Positions 35,701-45,384 of a DNA stretch of 64,000 nucleotides are shown here, piece by piece. The first letter of the stretch is position 1, and each line of letters starts with the position of its first letter. The position numbers were made by a program, and so were the translations under genes. This DNA comes from Camelus ferus (Eukaryota). Where the stretch lies: NCBI RefSeq assembly GCF_009834535.1, contig NC_045723.1:7192001-7256000 (forward strand), in the 5' to 3' direction. A model generated the notes under the pieces. It worked only from the letters and a program-made list of their open reading frames with translations. It did not search any database and was not told where the DNA came from.

Positions 35701-38700
35701 GACAACTTGGCCTGCTTGTCCAAGTTAGCAATCTGCTGCTTCGTGAAAGTGGGCTTCAGCACATACTGCAAAGCAAAAGAGAACTCCAGGTTGCCTCAGG
35801 CTGTCTGCAGAGCCCACCAGGTTTGCCCGGCACAGTGATTTCTTTTTTGTTTGTTTGTCTTTATTTATTTATTTTTCCGGGGGGGGGGATTAGGTTTGTT
35901 TATTTATTTCTTTATTTTTAATGGAGGTACCGGGGCTTTTACCCAGGATCTCGTGCATGTTAAGCAGGCACTCTGACACTGAGCTATACCCTGCCACTCC
36001 CTATACCCTGCCCCTCCCAGAACAGCAATTTCTGCCAAAAAAAAAACCAAAAAACACTTTGGTCATGAATGTCTCACGACCCGCCCAAAGGGCTCCCAAT
36101 AGTAGGTACAGGACAGAGGTAATATGGAATAGGCCACCCCACATTGCTTACCTAGAAGGCCATCTCTCTATCTAAACCAAAATCACTGAATCCCAGGCCC
36201 TTCCCCAGACCTCAGGTCTGGCCACCCCCATGACAAACAATGGACAGAAGCTGCAGGACCCCCAAGTCCAGGGGCAACAGGAGTCTGAGTCCCGGGGGGT
36301 ACCTCACACAAAGCAGCACATGGGTGAAGGAGTGCCACCACCCCTCCCCTCCCCTCCCCTGTCTGTGCAGGGCTGAGATCTCATGACGCCCTGCAGCTGG
36401 AAAGGCAGGATCAGAACCTCCCCAGTCCAAGAGCTAAGAGGGTCATCATGTCACAGGCTGGGTAGAGGTCATCACTAACTCAATCTGAAAGCTTGAATTC
36501 AAGGGGGAGGGTACAGCTCAGTGGTAGAGTGCATGCTTAGCCCACACGCGGTCCTGGGCTCAATCCTTGTCCCTACAAATAAACAAGCAAACAAACAAAC
36601 AAATCAATCTAATTTACATCCCCCCACAAATGTTTTAAAAACCTTTACAAAAAAAAAAAAGCTTGAATTAATTTCAGTTATTCCCTCTGTAAATACTGTC
36701 CATAACCATAATCATTTTAATCTCAATTTTCATAGGCCTGTAAAACTTAAGAAAGTGGCATAAGTAGTGTTTCAAACACTCTGTGAACAGCCAGCTTTCC
36801 TTAGTAAACAGAGTATTCAACTCTATTAACGGCACAGCGACTTGTTGAACAGGAAAAATTAATAATTCCAACAGTAATCAAAGCCCAAGAGGATATTTCC
36901 ACACTCCCCACTTAAGTACAGGGACTCCTGGCGCAGGTCACAAACCAGAGCCCACGGATGGGACCTGCTGACCATTCTGGGCACATCACCCAAAAGTAGG
37001 CGGGAGCTGGTATACATCTTGGGATCCACTGTCCTACATGAGGCCCAATTCACATCCCTGCTCCGAAGTGTGGAAGGGTAACTTATTTCACAAAAATGCT
37101 TCCACTCCAATTGAAAAGTAGTCATATTTCCTCAGTCCTAACTAAAAGCAGACATGATAAGTAGGCTGCAGACCACGAGCCACAGTTATGAATCGTGACC
37201 CCCTTACTCAGTTTCCCAAAGGGAAAGGAGCCTCTCAGTGCCCCAGGAACTGAGACTCTTCCCTGACCTGTGTGGGGCAGAGCCTCAGGAGCCCTGGGGC
37301 AGCTCCCAGGAGAACTAGTTGCAAACCAACCCTCTTGGACACACACCGTGATATCCTCCAGCGAGGAGTCAATGATCTCATAGTTGTCTGGGAGGCAGTA
37401 AAACTTGAGGGTGTGGAGGTTGAGGAAGACATGGTGACTAAACTGGACACTGTGAATGTAGGCATGAGACTTCAAACCACGGCCTGGAGGGAGAGACGAA
37501 AGGCTGTAAGAGAAGGGCGGACTCTGGACGCGCACAGATCAGGTGTGATTTTCCTTTCATTATTCTCTACTGGACCATGTTAATATCAGCAAAAAACAAA
37601 TTACTACACCATCCGTAAAGTCAGCCTCCCACATGACCTCCTCTCATCACAAAAGTTAGCAAAAAAGAAGAGACCATTGTTTTCTTCCCCAGATGGCATA
37701 AGACAGGGGAACTGACTTCGTACACATGAGTATGAAAAATATCTGAGTGCTTATGGATGTCTGTATGTGTGTGTATATACAGACAGACCTAGCTTCACAT
37801 ACCATCAGGAATTAGGGATATCTATGAACGTACTACATATGGTACACATACGTACAGACATACAGATTTGCACATACGCACATGTACCTATCCCATGACA
37901 GTCCCTCATCACTTAGTCCTGATCTTCCAACTGCCCACATTCAGGATAATCCTGCTCCTACGTACCTTTGTTCATGTTGCCACTCTCTCCTAGAATATCT
38001 CACCCTTAACCTGTTCAAACTCTGTACATCCCGTCAGTACAAGTTCCACTGCCACCCACTCCGTGAACTCAACACAAACACTCCAGCTCACGTTTGACCT
38101 CTGCATATTTCAGCTCCTATTGTCCTTATTTATACTCAGTGCCACACGGTCTAGCAATAATCTTTGTGATCTTAAGAGAGTTTGCTGATTGTTTTATGTG
38201 TTACTCTTGACTATTTACAAGATCCTTGTAAGAGCAAAGAATGTAGCTTACATTTCTTTTGTATTCTCCACTACACTGTGCACGTATCATCTTCTTGATC
38301 TGAATGAACTGAAATGATTAATTTCCAGAAAAGAACAGAATGTAAAAGTGCTTAGACAAAAGGATTCTCAGAAAAAGACGTCAGTATAGAAAATATCAGA
38401 AATTCAAAAGCCCAGAGCCTTTGAGATTTCCTACACAGTCTTTCACATGGCTACTTCCCTCTCTCTTTCCTATGGATTCAGGTTCAGAGCAAACAGAGAA
38501 CCTCCTGCGGATTTTCTAAGGGTATTCCAATTTCCCAGGATCAAAGGTATGGATTATTAAACACGACTCCTAACAGTAGCTTACTTTCTTTAACAACAAC
38601 AACAGATCTCTGAGGCAGACCTGTAGCTAGCGCTGAAAACTGAGCAAGTTTGTAATGCAAAACATTTATTTACCCTGAAAGTACTTGCCACACACCAGAC

Positions 38701-41700
38701 AGGCATATGCATTGATATGTGAGAGGGAGATGGAACACAGTTTCTCAAAGTCAAAGTCCAGCACACTCCTAAAAGAAGCAAAACAAAACAAGCAATTAAT
38801 AGGGATGGACGCCTAGGCGAGCACCCGGGTGAAGCAGCATTGGCTGTGTTCCGCAGTGTCACGTAGTATCCCTTAGCGAATGACTCCGATGCCATATGTA
38901 AACCGTGGAGAACCTTAACGATTCCTCACCTACACATTTCATATAGCACCCCCACCACCAAGTCCCAAAGGATGGCAAAGGTATCTCCATCAATGACCCT
39001 CTTTCTTTTTAGTATTTACAATCACTTGAGAATCTTCCATCACCTTCTCTGGAGGAAAAGCCACAAGTAAGACTCAAATGGACCCAAGAGCATTCCAGGT
39101 TAAAGGACTGGGGGTGGAAGGACACAAAAAGAAAAATGTATATTTGTCTGTAAAAATAAGTGGGAAGCCTGAAGAATTTTAGGGGAATACCTGCAAACAG
39201 ATCTGTCTATTTAAGTGCGAAGTAACTGAGTACTGGGCGGGTATAGTGATGAAAATAGAAAACTTAACCTCCACTGAATCCACAGGTTGCAAAGGGATTC
39301 CTTCTCCAATATTAACTCTAATTAATTAATAAGGTTCTGCGAAAGCTGAACTGTTCATTAAAGGGGCCACTAGCTACACATGGCTATTGATGTTTGTTTA
39401 TTTGTTTTGAAATTTTATTTTTTTAATTGAAGTATAGTCAGTTTATAATGTTGTGTCAATTTGCTATTGGTGTTTAAATGTAAAGTAATTGAAATCAAAT
39501 AAAATTTAAAATTCAGTTCCTCAAGCTACATTTCAAATGCTCAGTAGTCACTAGTAGCTTGTGTCTCCGACAAAGGGCAGCCTTAAGGAGCAATTCCACT
39601 GTTGCAAAAAAGTCTATCAGACAGTGCTACCCTAGGGCATGAGTGAAAAATTAACCCGAGACACATCTGGGATCATCTGGAAGAGGTAACCACCTCTGTT
39701 AGGACATATTTTTGACTGTTTCTTCTCTGCTGAATCCCAGGCATCTAGAACGGTACCTAGCACATAGCTGGTGCTCAGTAAATAAATACATTTGCTCTTG
39801 TCTTTGACACCACGTATCCCTTTATTCTCTCATACAAGTTCAAAATGAGCTGAACACTCTTTCTGCATATGCGCACCCTAAAGAAACATAGCAAGAAGCA
39901 CCATTTCCTGGGCAGAAAGCTTTTAAAGAGAGAAAGTTTTTGAATAGATTGTTTACCATACGATCCAAAGAACTTTCTTAACAGATTCCACTGTTCTTTT
40001 GCTGCCCTCGGCACCCCTGCGCTACTGACCTGTTAATGGTATCCAGGTACGGGCAGTGGCGGCTCCTCCGGTCCTCAGAATCCACGCGTCCATTCTTTGC
40101 TGAAAGGAAAATCATCCAAAGCTATGAAAATGGGAAACTCATTCTCAGCGTCAGCTACCAGTACAAACATTTCTGATCAGAAACAGGAAAATCTAACCAG
40201 GATGAGCTCATGTGCAAGTAGCCTGACAACACCCCAAAAAAGCCCATTAATGGAACAAGCTGCAAACTGAGAGCATATACTTGAAACATATATAATCAAC
40301 AAAGGAATTGCTTATAGGTTACATAAAGAAATCCGGTGAAGAGATTTAAAATAAGACAACCCAACGGAAAACAAGGAAGACAGCCCACAAACGTATGAAA
40401 AGATGCTCGACCTCATCAATAATCAAGAAAATGCAAATTTCCTTGCACAACGATATAGCACTTCACACCTACTAGAGAGGAAAAAATAAAATCAGGAAAC
40501 TCCAAGAGTTGGCAAACATGTGGAGCAACAAGAATGCCCATGTACTGCTGCTGGGAATGCAAACTGTTACAATCTCTTAAAAGCAGTACTGCAAGATCAA
40601 AGCTGAAAATACATAGCAATTTGACCCAGCAATCTCTCTTCTACTTATATACCCTAGAGAAATTTTGCACACATGCACCAGGAATGCTTTACTAAAAAAT
40701 ATCTGCAGCAGCAATATTTGAAAGAGACCAAGTTGAAAACAACCCAAATGCCTATCACATGTAAAATGGAGAAATATATTTTGGTATATCATCAATAGAA
40801 CATTATGTTGCCATGAACATCTACTCAGATGAACCTCAAAAATACGGCTGGGAAAAAAAAAGGGGGCAAATCAGAATACTACACATAGTATGATTCTATT
40901 TATATCAAAGACAAAATAAAACAGTTCTACTTTGGGATGCATATATGAGATAAAACCACAAATAATAAAAGTAGAAGTGACTAGAAAAAATTCAGAACAG
41001 TGATTACCTAAGCAAGGAAGGCAGATACAAGTCGGAAGGGGCCTACGGGAGCTTCTAAGGCATTGTTTAAGTACCACTTCTTAAGCTGAACAGCGTCAGG
41101 AAGCAATTCTCCATAGGTCTCTTGTGTTCTGTACGTATTATGACCACAGGCACCAACTGCCTCCAGACAACCTTGTCAAGGATGCTTGTAGAGTTAACGG
41201 CCTTGGAAGACAGAGAGGGTATCTCCCTACAGAGCAAAGGGGAGGCAAGCTCACAAACCATTATAGAAGATTCAGGTTCTCTAAGCTCAAAGTTCCGGTC
41301 CTGTAAGGCCACCCACTGCGTCGGGGGTTCTCTTCCAGTTGCACTGTGGGAACTGACTCAAGGAATTGGCAACAATGCTGTATTCTGGCTACTGTTATTG
41401 CTGAAATCAACTATCTCAAGAAAAGCTACTGTTGTTATTACTGTTCTTAGAGATACGATAGCTACGATTATTCCTAAGACTAGTACAGTTCTCACTGCAA
41501 CGCAGTCGAGTCGCGTCGCTTGTGGAGTGGGACCACCCCGCGGTGAGAGGTTGGAAAGAGAAAAAGAACACGAGAGTNNNNNNNNNNNNNNNNNNNNNNN
41601 NNNNNNNNNNNNNNNNNNNNNNNNNNNNNNNNNNNNNNNNNNNNNNNNNNNNNNNNNNNNNNNNNNNNNNNNNNNNNNNNNNNNNNNNNNNNNNNNNNNN

Positions 41701-41870
41701 NNNNNNNNNNNNNNNNNCTTCACGCGCACCGGGCTGCCCCGGGAGCTCGGCGCCTCAGTCTCCCGCTCCCGATCTCGCTCCCGCTTGACGCGAGCAGAGC
41801 TGCCCCGCGATTCGGACTCGCGCTTCCCACGGGTGGAACCACGAGACTCCCGCTTGGACCGGCCGGACAT
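17785..41870 (-). CDS. USP39: U4/U6.U5 tri-snRNP-associated protein 2 (USP39/Sad1; inactive USP-family protein), 13 coding exons
   Basis: Minus-strand exons: 1 ~41603(in N-gap)-41870 ([12 protein letters not shown]...), 2 40030-40099, 3 38674-38768, 4 37347-37483, 5 35613-35765, 6 32539-32764, 7 31194-31271, 8 30036-30103, 9 29129-29317, 10 24595-24737, 11 20483-20618, 12 18670-18756, 13 17785-17832 ([15 protein letters not shown]). ZnF-UBP (CPYLDTINR...[12 protein letters not shown]...H...H) and USP fold. All visible junctions are GT-AG and in phase. Confidence 0.97.
19880..20230. mobile_element. Cluster of hAT-derived MITEs (MER5A-like and MER20-like)
   Basis: AATCAGAGGGTCTCATTAAAACGCAGACTCTGATTCAG and CTGACATTTTGGGCCAGAAAATTCTTTGTTG...CAGCATCCTGGCCTCTACC motifs. 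Confidence 0.6.
21190..21470. mobile_element. MaLR LTR (MLT1-like) fragment
   Basis: GGTTACAAGGAAGAGAAATCCACCCTAGGTAGCTTAAGCAGAAAAGGGAAATTTATT matches an MLT1 end motif. Confidence 0.5.
22956..23099 (+). mobile_element. tRNA-derived SINE (camelid Vic-1-like) with 16-bp target-site duplication
   Basis: GGGGAGGGTACAGCTCAAGTGGCAGAG...GGGTTCAATCC (pol III A/B boxes) plus A-rich tail; TSD AAGAGTCCAGTTCTGA at 22940-22955 and 23100-23115. Confidence 0.92.
23610..23876 (+). mobile_element. LINE-1 3' end fragment
   Basis: ACAAATGAACTTGTTTACAAAACAGAAATAGACTCACAGACATAGAAAAC...AGCACAGGGAACTGTATTCAGTACCTTGTAG, typical of a cetartiodactyl L1 3' UTR. Confidence 0.8.
26040..27460 (+). mobile_element. LINE-1 ORF2 fragment (endonuclease to pre-RT), interrupted by an N-gap
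   Basis: GGAGACTTTAACACCCCACTTTCA (GDFNTPLS), TTCTCCAGGACAGACCAC, CAAAACCAGACAAAGAC, GCAAAAATCCTCAACAAAATA: canonical L1 ORF2 landmarks. Confidence 0.9.
26323..26450. other. Assembly gap (128 N)
   Basis: N run inside the L1 fragment. Confidence 1.
27710..27838 (-). mobile_element. tRNA-derived SINE (camelid Vic-1-like)
   Basis: Reverse complement of GGGGAGGGTATAGCTCAAGTGGTAGGGTGCATGCTTAGCATGCAGGAGGTCCTAGGTTCAATCC with a T-tail on the + strand. Confidence 0.9.
29619..29841. mobile_element. Tigger-family MITE (MER2/MER8-like)
   Basis: Starts CAGTCAGCCCTTGGTACCCGG...GATTGGTTCCAAGACC, contains GAGGATGCTCAAGTCCC, ends GTTCGAAGGTCACCTG. Confidence 0.65.
31480..32095. mobile_element. LINE-2 3' fragment
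   Basis: CCTCCACCTGGAATGCCC...CCCACTAGAATGGGAGCTCCTGGAAG...GTATTCCTGCAGC...CTAGCAC, canonical L2 3' end motifs. Confidence 0.6.
34180..34870 (+). mobile_element. Old L1M ORF2/3' fragment
   Basis: A-rich; GGAACCCTTTTGTGTTGCTGGTGGGTTTGTAAATTG and ATATTGCCACACAATGGAATAC landmarks. Boundaries approximate. Confidence 0.65.
35841..36015 (-). mobile_element. tRNA-derived SINE (camelid Vic-1-like), more diverged
   Basis: Same head in reverse; local duplication CTATACCCTGCC (35984-35995 and 36001-36012); (TTTA/TTTG)n tail. Confidence 0.85.
36503..36657 (+). mobile_element. tRNA-derived SINE (camelid Vic-1-like) with 12-bp TSD
   Basis: GGGGGAGGGTACAGCTCAGTGGTAGAGTGCATGCTTAG...; TSD AAAGCTTGAATT at 36488-36499 and 36658-36669. 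Confidence 0.9.
39360..39625. mobile_element. hAT-Charlie MITE (MER3/MER33-like)
   Basis: GCCACTAGCTACACATGGCTATTGA...AAAATTCAGTTCCTCAAGCTACATTTCAAATGCTCAGTAGTCAC. Confidence 0.6.
40245..41085 (+). mobile_element. Old L1M (L1ME-like) 3' fragment
   Basis: ATGAAAAGATGCTCGACCTCATCAATAATCAAGAAAATGCAAAT, TTTGACCCAGCAATCTCTCTTCT, GATTCTATTTATATCAAAG landmarks. Boundaries approximate. Confidence 0.7.
41578..41717. other. Assembly gap (140 N) covering the 3' end of USP39 exon 1
   Basis: N run. Confidence 1.
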
Positions 41871-42100
41871 CGCCGCTACCGGCCGAGCAGCCAGGCGCAG
41901 ACTCCAGGTACGACCGAGCGCGCAGCAAGCAGCCAATCAGGAGCGGCGCAGTTATGGCGCCCAAGGCTCTCTACGAGTCGTCGATGGGGACAAATCACGC
42001 AGCAGCGAACTGGGCAGTATTGCGCCTCTTGCGGTTTCTTTGCGGCTGCGTGAGCACCGAAGACGGATAGGCGGGCCTACTGCCTCTTTACCCAAATTTC
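41718..42100 (-). promoter_or_regulatory. USP39 CpG-island promoter / exon 1
   Basis: High CpG density, a CCAAT box near 41933, flanks the USP39 ATG at 41870. Confidence 0.75.
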
Positions 42101-42489
42101 CAGCTAACGAAAGCAGGAACCGTTTACTGACTGGAGAATTGCTGAATAAAAGAAGCTGTCATTGGGCCCCAGGTTTCTTCAAGATATTTTGTGCCCTGAA
42201 ACCAGAATTGAGGGTCATCTCCACAGTCTCCGCGCTTCGGAGACTGACGCCCCTGCACAGATCTCGGCGACATCCCCAAATCATCCCTTTCGTGGAACAA
42301 CCCGGCGGCTGTAATTCCACATTTAGAGGACTGTTCTTGGTATCACAGGAAAATGCAAACGACAGGCAAAGGGAGACCAGTGACGCTAATAAAGCTCAAG
42401 CTTCAGGGCCTGTAACTTTCAGGACCCTTTCCTCGACTCTGAACTACTTTGTACAGTTCTGCTGAGATGTGGTTGCCGTCCAATATAGT

Positions 42490-42835
42490 GCACGTTGAAG
42501 TGTGCTGTTTGCTAAATACTGATGGAAGTATGTGTGCACTACGAAACCATCATCACGATCAAGATTATGAACCTAACCACCATTCACCAAGTGTTCTGCT
42601 CTAACCATTGATCTGCTTTCATTGATCGCTACAGATCAGTGTCACTTTCTAGAGTTGTATATAAACGGAAGCACACAGCAAGTCCCCTTTCTTTGCCTGG
42701 CCTCTTTCACTCGGCGTATTTGTTTTGAGATTCATCCACGTTGCTGAGTATACAACAACTCGTTGCTTTTGATGCTCAGCGGTATTCTAGCGGATGCACC
42801 AGTCTGTCCCTGTTCTAAACACAAACTGCTAGTTT
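42490..42835 (-). mobile_element. L1M 3' UTR fragment between the USP39 and C2orf68 promoters
   Basis: TGGCCTCTTTCACTCGGCGTATTTGTTTTGAGATTCATCCACGTTG, a reverse L1MB/MC 3' motif. Confidence 0.65.
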
Positions 42836-43518
42836 TATCTTTTCTTTTTAAAGAGATTTTAAAAATGGCACACGCTCAGGACCCCTGAAAAACCTGGGTC
42901 CTCCCACAGGGAGAGTTAGGACATCGGTCCGACGGGCGCCGAGGTGAACTGGGTGGCGAGACGCGCGCAGAGCTCCAGCGCTGGGCGGGCTGGAAGGGGC
43001 GTCCCCGCCACCTGGGGCGCGGGGTCCGGGGGCGGGCCGGAGCGCCGCTCTGTGCCCTGCGCGGGCACTCGCCTCCTCATCACCTCTTTGAAGGTGGGTG
43101 ATCTCAATGCTCCCACTTACAAATGAGTAAACTGAGGCACAGCGGCGCTCAGGACTCAGCCAAGGTCACGCAGCTATTGATGGAAGTTTCACGGCAGCCC
43201 ATCACAGGAAACAGGACGGGAAAGCTCCGCACCGAAGGCTGAGCGGTGTGATGGGTGCTTTGTGGTTTTCTGAACTTTCGGATGTATCTAGTCCTGGTTT
43301 CCTATCGGTGTGTCACAAAGGAAAAGCCCTCCGGGGGAGTGCGAGTCGCGCACGGCGCAACCCCACTCGCAGCCCCCTGCCCGCGCCGGGAACCCCGCGC
43401 GCGCGGACGCTCGGCCCGGCCGGCCCTTCCCCGGCCGACGTCAGGGCGCGGGGCCGGAAGTCGAGCGCGGGGCGGTGCCGAGCGCTCTCGGCGGGAGAAG
43501 CGCCGTTGCAGCCGTTGA

Positions 43519-43551
<33 letters not shown>
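43519..43551 (+). repeat. (GGC)11 trinucleotide repeat in the C2orf68 5' leader
   Basis: 33 nt of uninterrupted GGC ending 19 nt before the ATG. Confidence 0.95.
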
Positions 43552-43570
43552 TCCGCACCCAGGGCTCCAG

Positions 43571-45384
43571 ATGGAAGGGGCGCCAGGTCCCGGGCCGGGC
43601 CTCTGCTGCAAGCCCGGCGGGCGGCTCGACATGAGCCACGGCTTCCTGCACCACATCCGACGGAACCAGCTCGCTCGGTACCGCCCCGCCCCGNNNNNNN
43701 NNNNNNNNNNNNNNNNNNNNNNNNNNNNNNNNNNNNNNNNNNNNNNNNNNNNNNNNNNNNNNNNNNNNNNNNNNNNNNNNNNNNNNNNNNNNNNNNNNNN
43801 NNNNNNNNNNNNNNNNNNNNNNNNNNNNNNNNNNNNNNNNNNNNNNNNNNNNNGACCGGCAGGTGTACCTGCCGCGCCACCGAGGTGAGGCCGCCCGCCC
43901 CGCCTGCCTCCTCGAGCCCCCGCGCTCCTCTGGCCCCAGGCCCTCTGCCTCGACGCACTCCTCTTTTCTATATGGAAAGAAACCCTTCTTATCCCCCAAG
44001 GCTCAGTTCATCTGGTCCCTTCCCGCAACCTCCGCCTCGAGGCTCCCCATCGCCGCCCAGTTGATTCTCCCCGCAGAACAGGGAGGGTTCAAGTTAGGCA
44101 TCGCTATTGCTGGACATACCTGGGAGTCTGCAAGAAGTGGTCTGCTGGTTTGCCCCACCATACTTTATTTTCGTATTCTCACCACCTAACAGAAGAAAAA
44201 GTTTGGCACAGCACTAGGCAAACAAGACATAATTGTGGATTGAGGCCCAAACCCAGTTAATAGCCTTTTCCCCCAGCTTCCCTGCGACCCAGAGATTACA
44301 GTAGTTAAGATAGGAGACTAAATTTGTTGAGACTCCCTTAAAGCGTTGTTAGACGTTATGCACGTTAATTCATTTACTTTCCAGAGGACTCCATAGCAAG
44401 GGAACTGTTTCACAGTCAGAAGAACAGGTACAGAGAGGTTTAGTAACTCATCTGAGATCTCTGAGAAGTAAATGGCAGAGCCTGGATTTGAACCGAGGGA
44501 GAGTGCTATCTGCCTCACCACTGTCTTCCAATGCTGTAGACAAATGTGTGTTGTGTGCCTACTGCGTGATAGGACTGTGCTGGTCCAGGGGCAGGACTCC
44601 TGATGGGCGGCACATTTCACACACACACATTCTGGGTGTGTAAGAAGATTGGGGCTTTCTTTACAGTGTGTGTTCCTGTATCATCTCTGGGCAGGGGCTC
44701 CAGCAGCCTTCCCCGCTTCCCTGTCACTCTGGTTCATCCTTCCAGATGGCTCTGTCCACCCAAGCAACCCAGACTGTGAGGAGTCCGGTGAAAGCAGCAG
44801 TAGTGGCGGCTCTGAGCCAGAGCCTCCTGGCCATCAGCTCTTCTGCTTAGAATTCGAGGCAGACAGCGGAGACATCACGTCAGTTATCGTGTATCAGGTA
44901 CGCCTGGTGGAAAGAGCTCAGCCTGAAGGTCCTGGGCTGTGGTGGAAATCACTGCCAGACCCCGAGCCACTGTTTTCCTCAGGGCCGGTGGGAAGTGTCT
45001 GCTCCACATGGGAGCACAGACTGCTGGGCGATGCTTTTGAGCACCACTTGCTCCTGTGACACAGTGATTCTCATCAGGCACCAGGGAGGGCTCATGGCCC
45101 CAGTTAAGAGTCACTATTACAGGGGACACCTGGGAAATGACAGGCACTGGCAAGAAGTTGTGAGTCAGACGGAGTTCTGTGAGAGTGTTGTCTAGGGACA
45201 GGGCTGGTCGCCTTTCCAGAACAGGCCCGGCCCTGAGCTTCCTGACTCTTCCTCCACGTAGGATGATGACCCAGGAAAGGTGAGTGAGGAGGTATCAGCA
45301 CACACGCCTCTGGATCCACCCATGCGAGAGGCCCTCAAGTTGCGCATCCAGGAGGAGATTGCAAAGCGCCAGAGCCGACACTGA
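43571..45384 (+). CDS. C2orf68: UPF0561 protein C2orf68 ortholog (~166 aa, 4 exons)
   Basis: Exons 43571-43677 (MEGAPGPGPGLCCKPGGRLDMSHGFLHHIRRNQLAR), ~43766(in N-gap)-43884 (...QVYLPRHR), 44746-44897 (...EESGESSSSGGSEPEPPGHQLFCLEFEADSGDITSVIVYQ), 45262-45384 (DDDPGKVSEEVSAHTPLDPPMREALKLRIQEEIAKRQSRH*). Confidence 0.95.
43694..43853. other. Assembly gap (160 N) covering most of C2orf68 exon 2
   Basis: N run. Confidence 1.
44330..44520. mobile_element. MIR
   Basis: AGAACAGGTACAGAGAGGTTTAGTAACTC...GGCAGAGCCTGGATTTGAACC MIR core. Confidence 0.65.

Larger units (their letters stand above)
42900..44060 (+). promoter_or_regulatory. C2orf68 CpG-island promoter
   Basis: Dense CpG, GC boxes, ETS/GABP motif CCGGAAGT at 43454-43461, ahead of the ATG at 43571. 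Confidence 0.75.

Noticed and set aside
41871-41936. In-frame upstream extension of USP39 (MAACCALGRTW...)
   Set aside because: The track start is TTG rather than ATG, and the segment overlaps the CCAAT-box promoter region. The conserved start is MSGRSKRES at 41870.
41122-42465. 447-aa + strand ORF, the longest in the track
   Set aside because: It spans a 140-N gap, is antisense to USP39 exon 1 and its CpG-island promoter, and has no recognisable domain. An artefact of GC-rich, stop-poor DNA plus Ns.
43248-43999. Several 130-230 aa ORFs with poly-Arg/Ala/Pro on both strands
   Set aside because: Products of the (GGC)11 repeat, the CpG island and the N-gap; only the C2orf68 frame has support.
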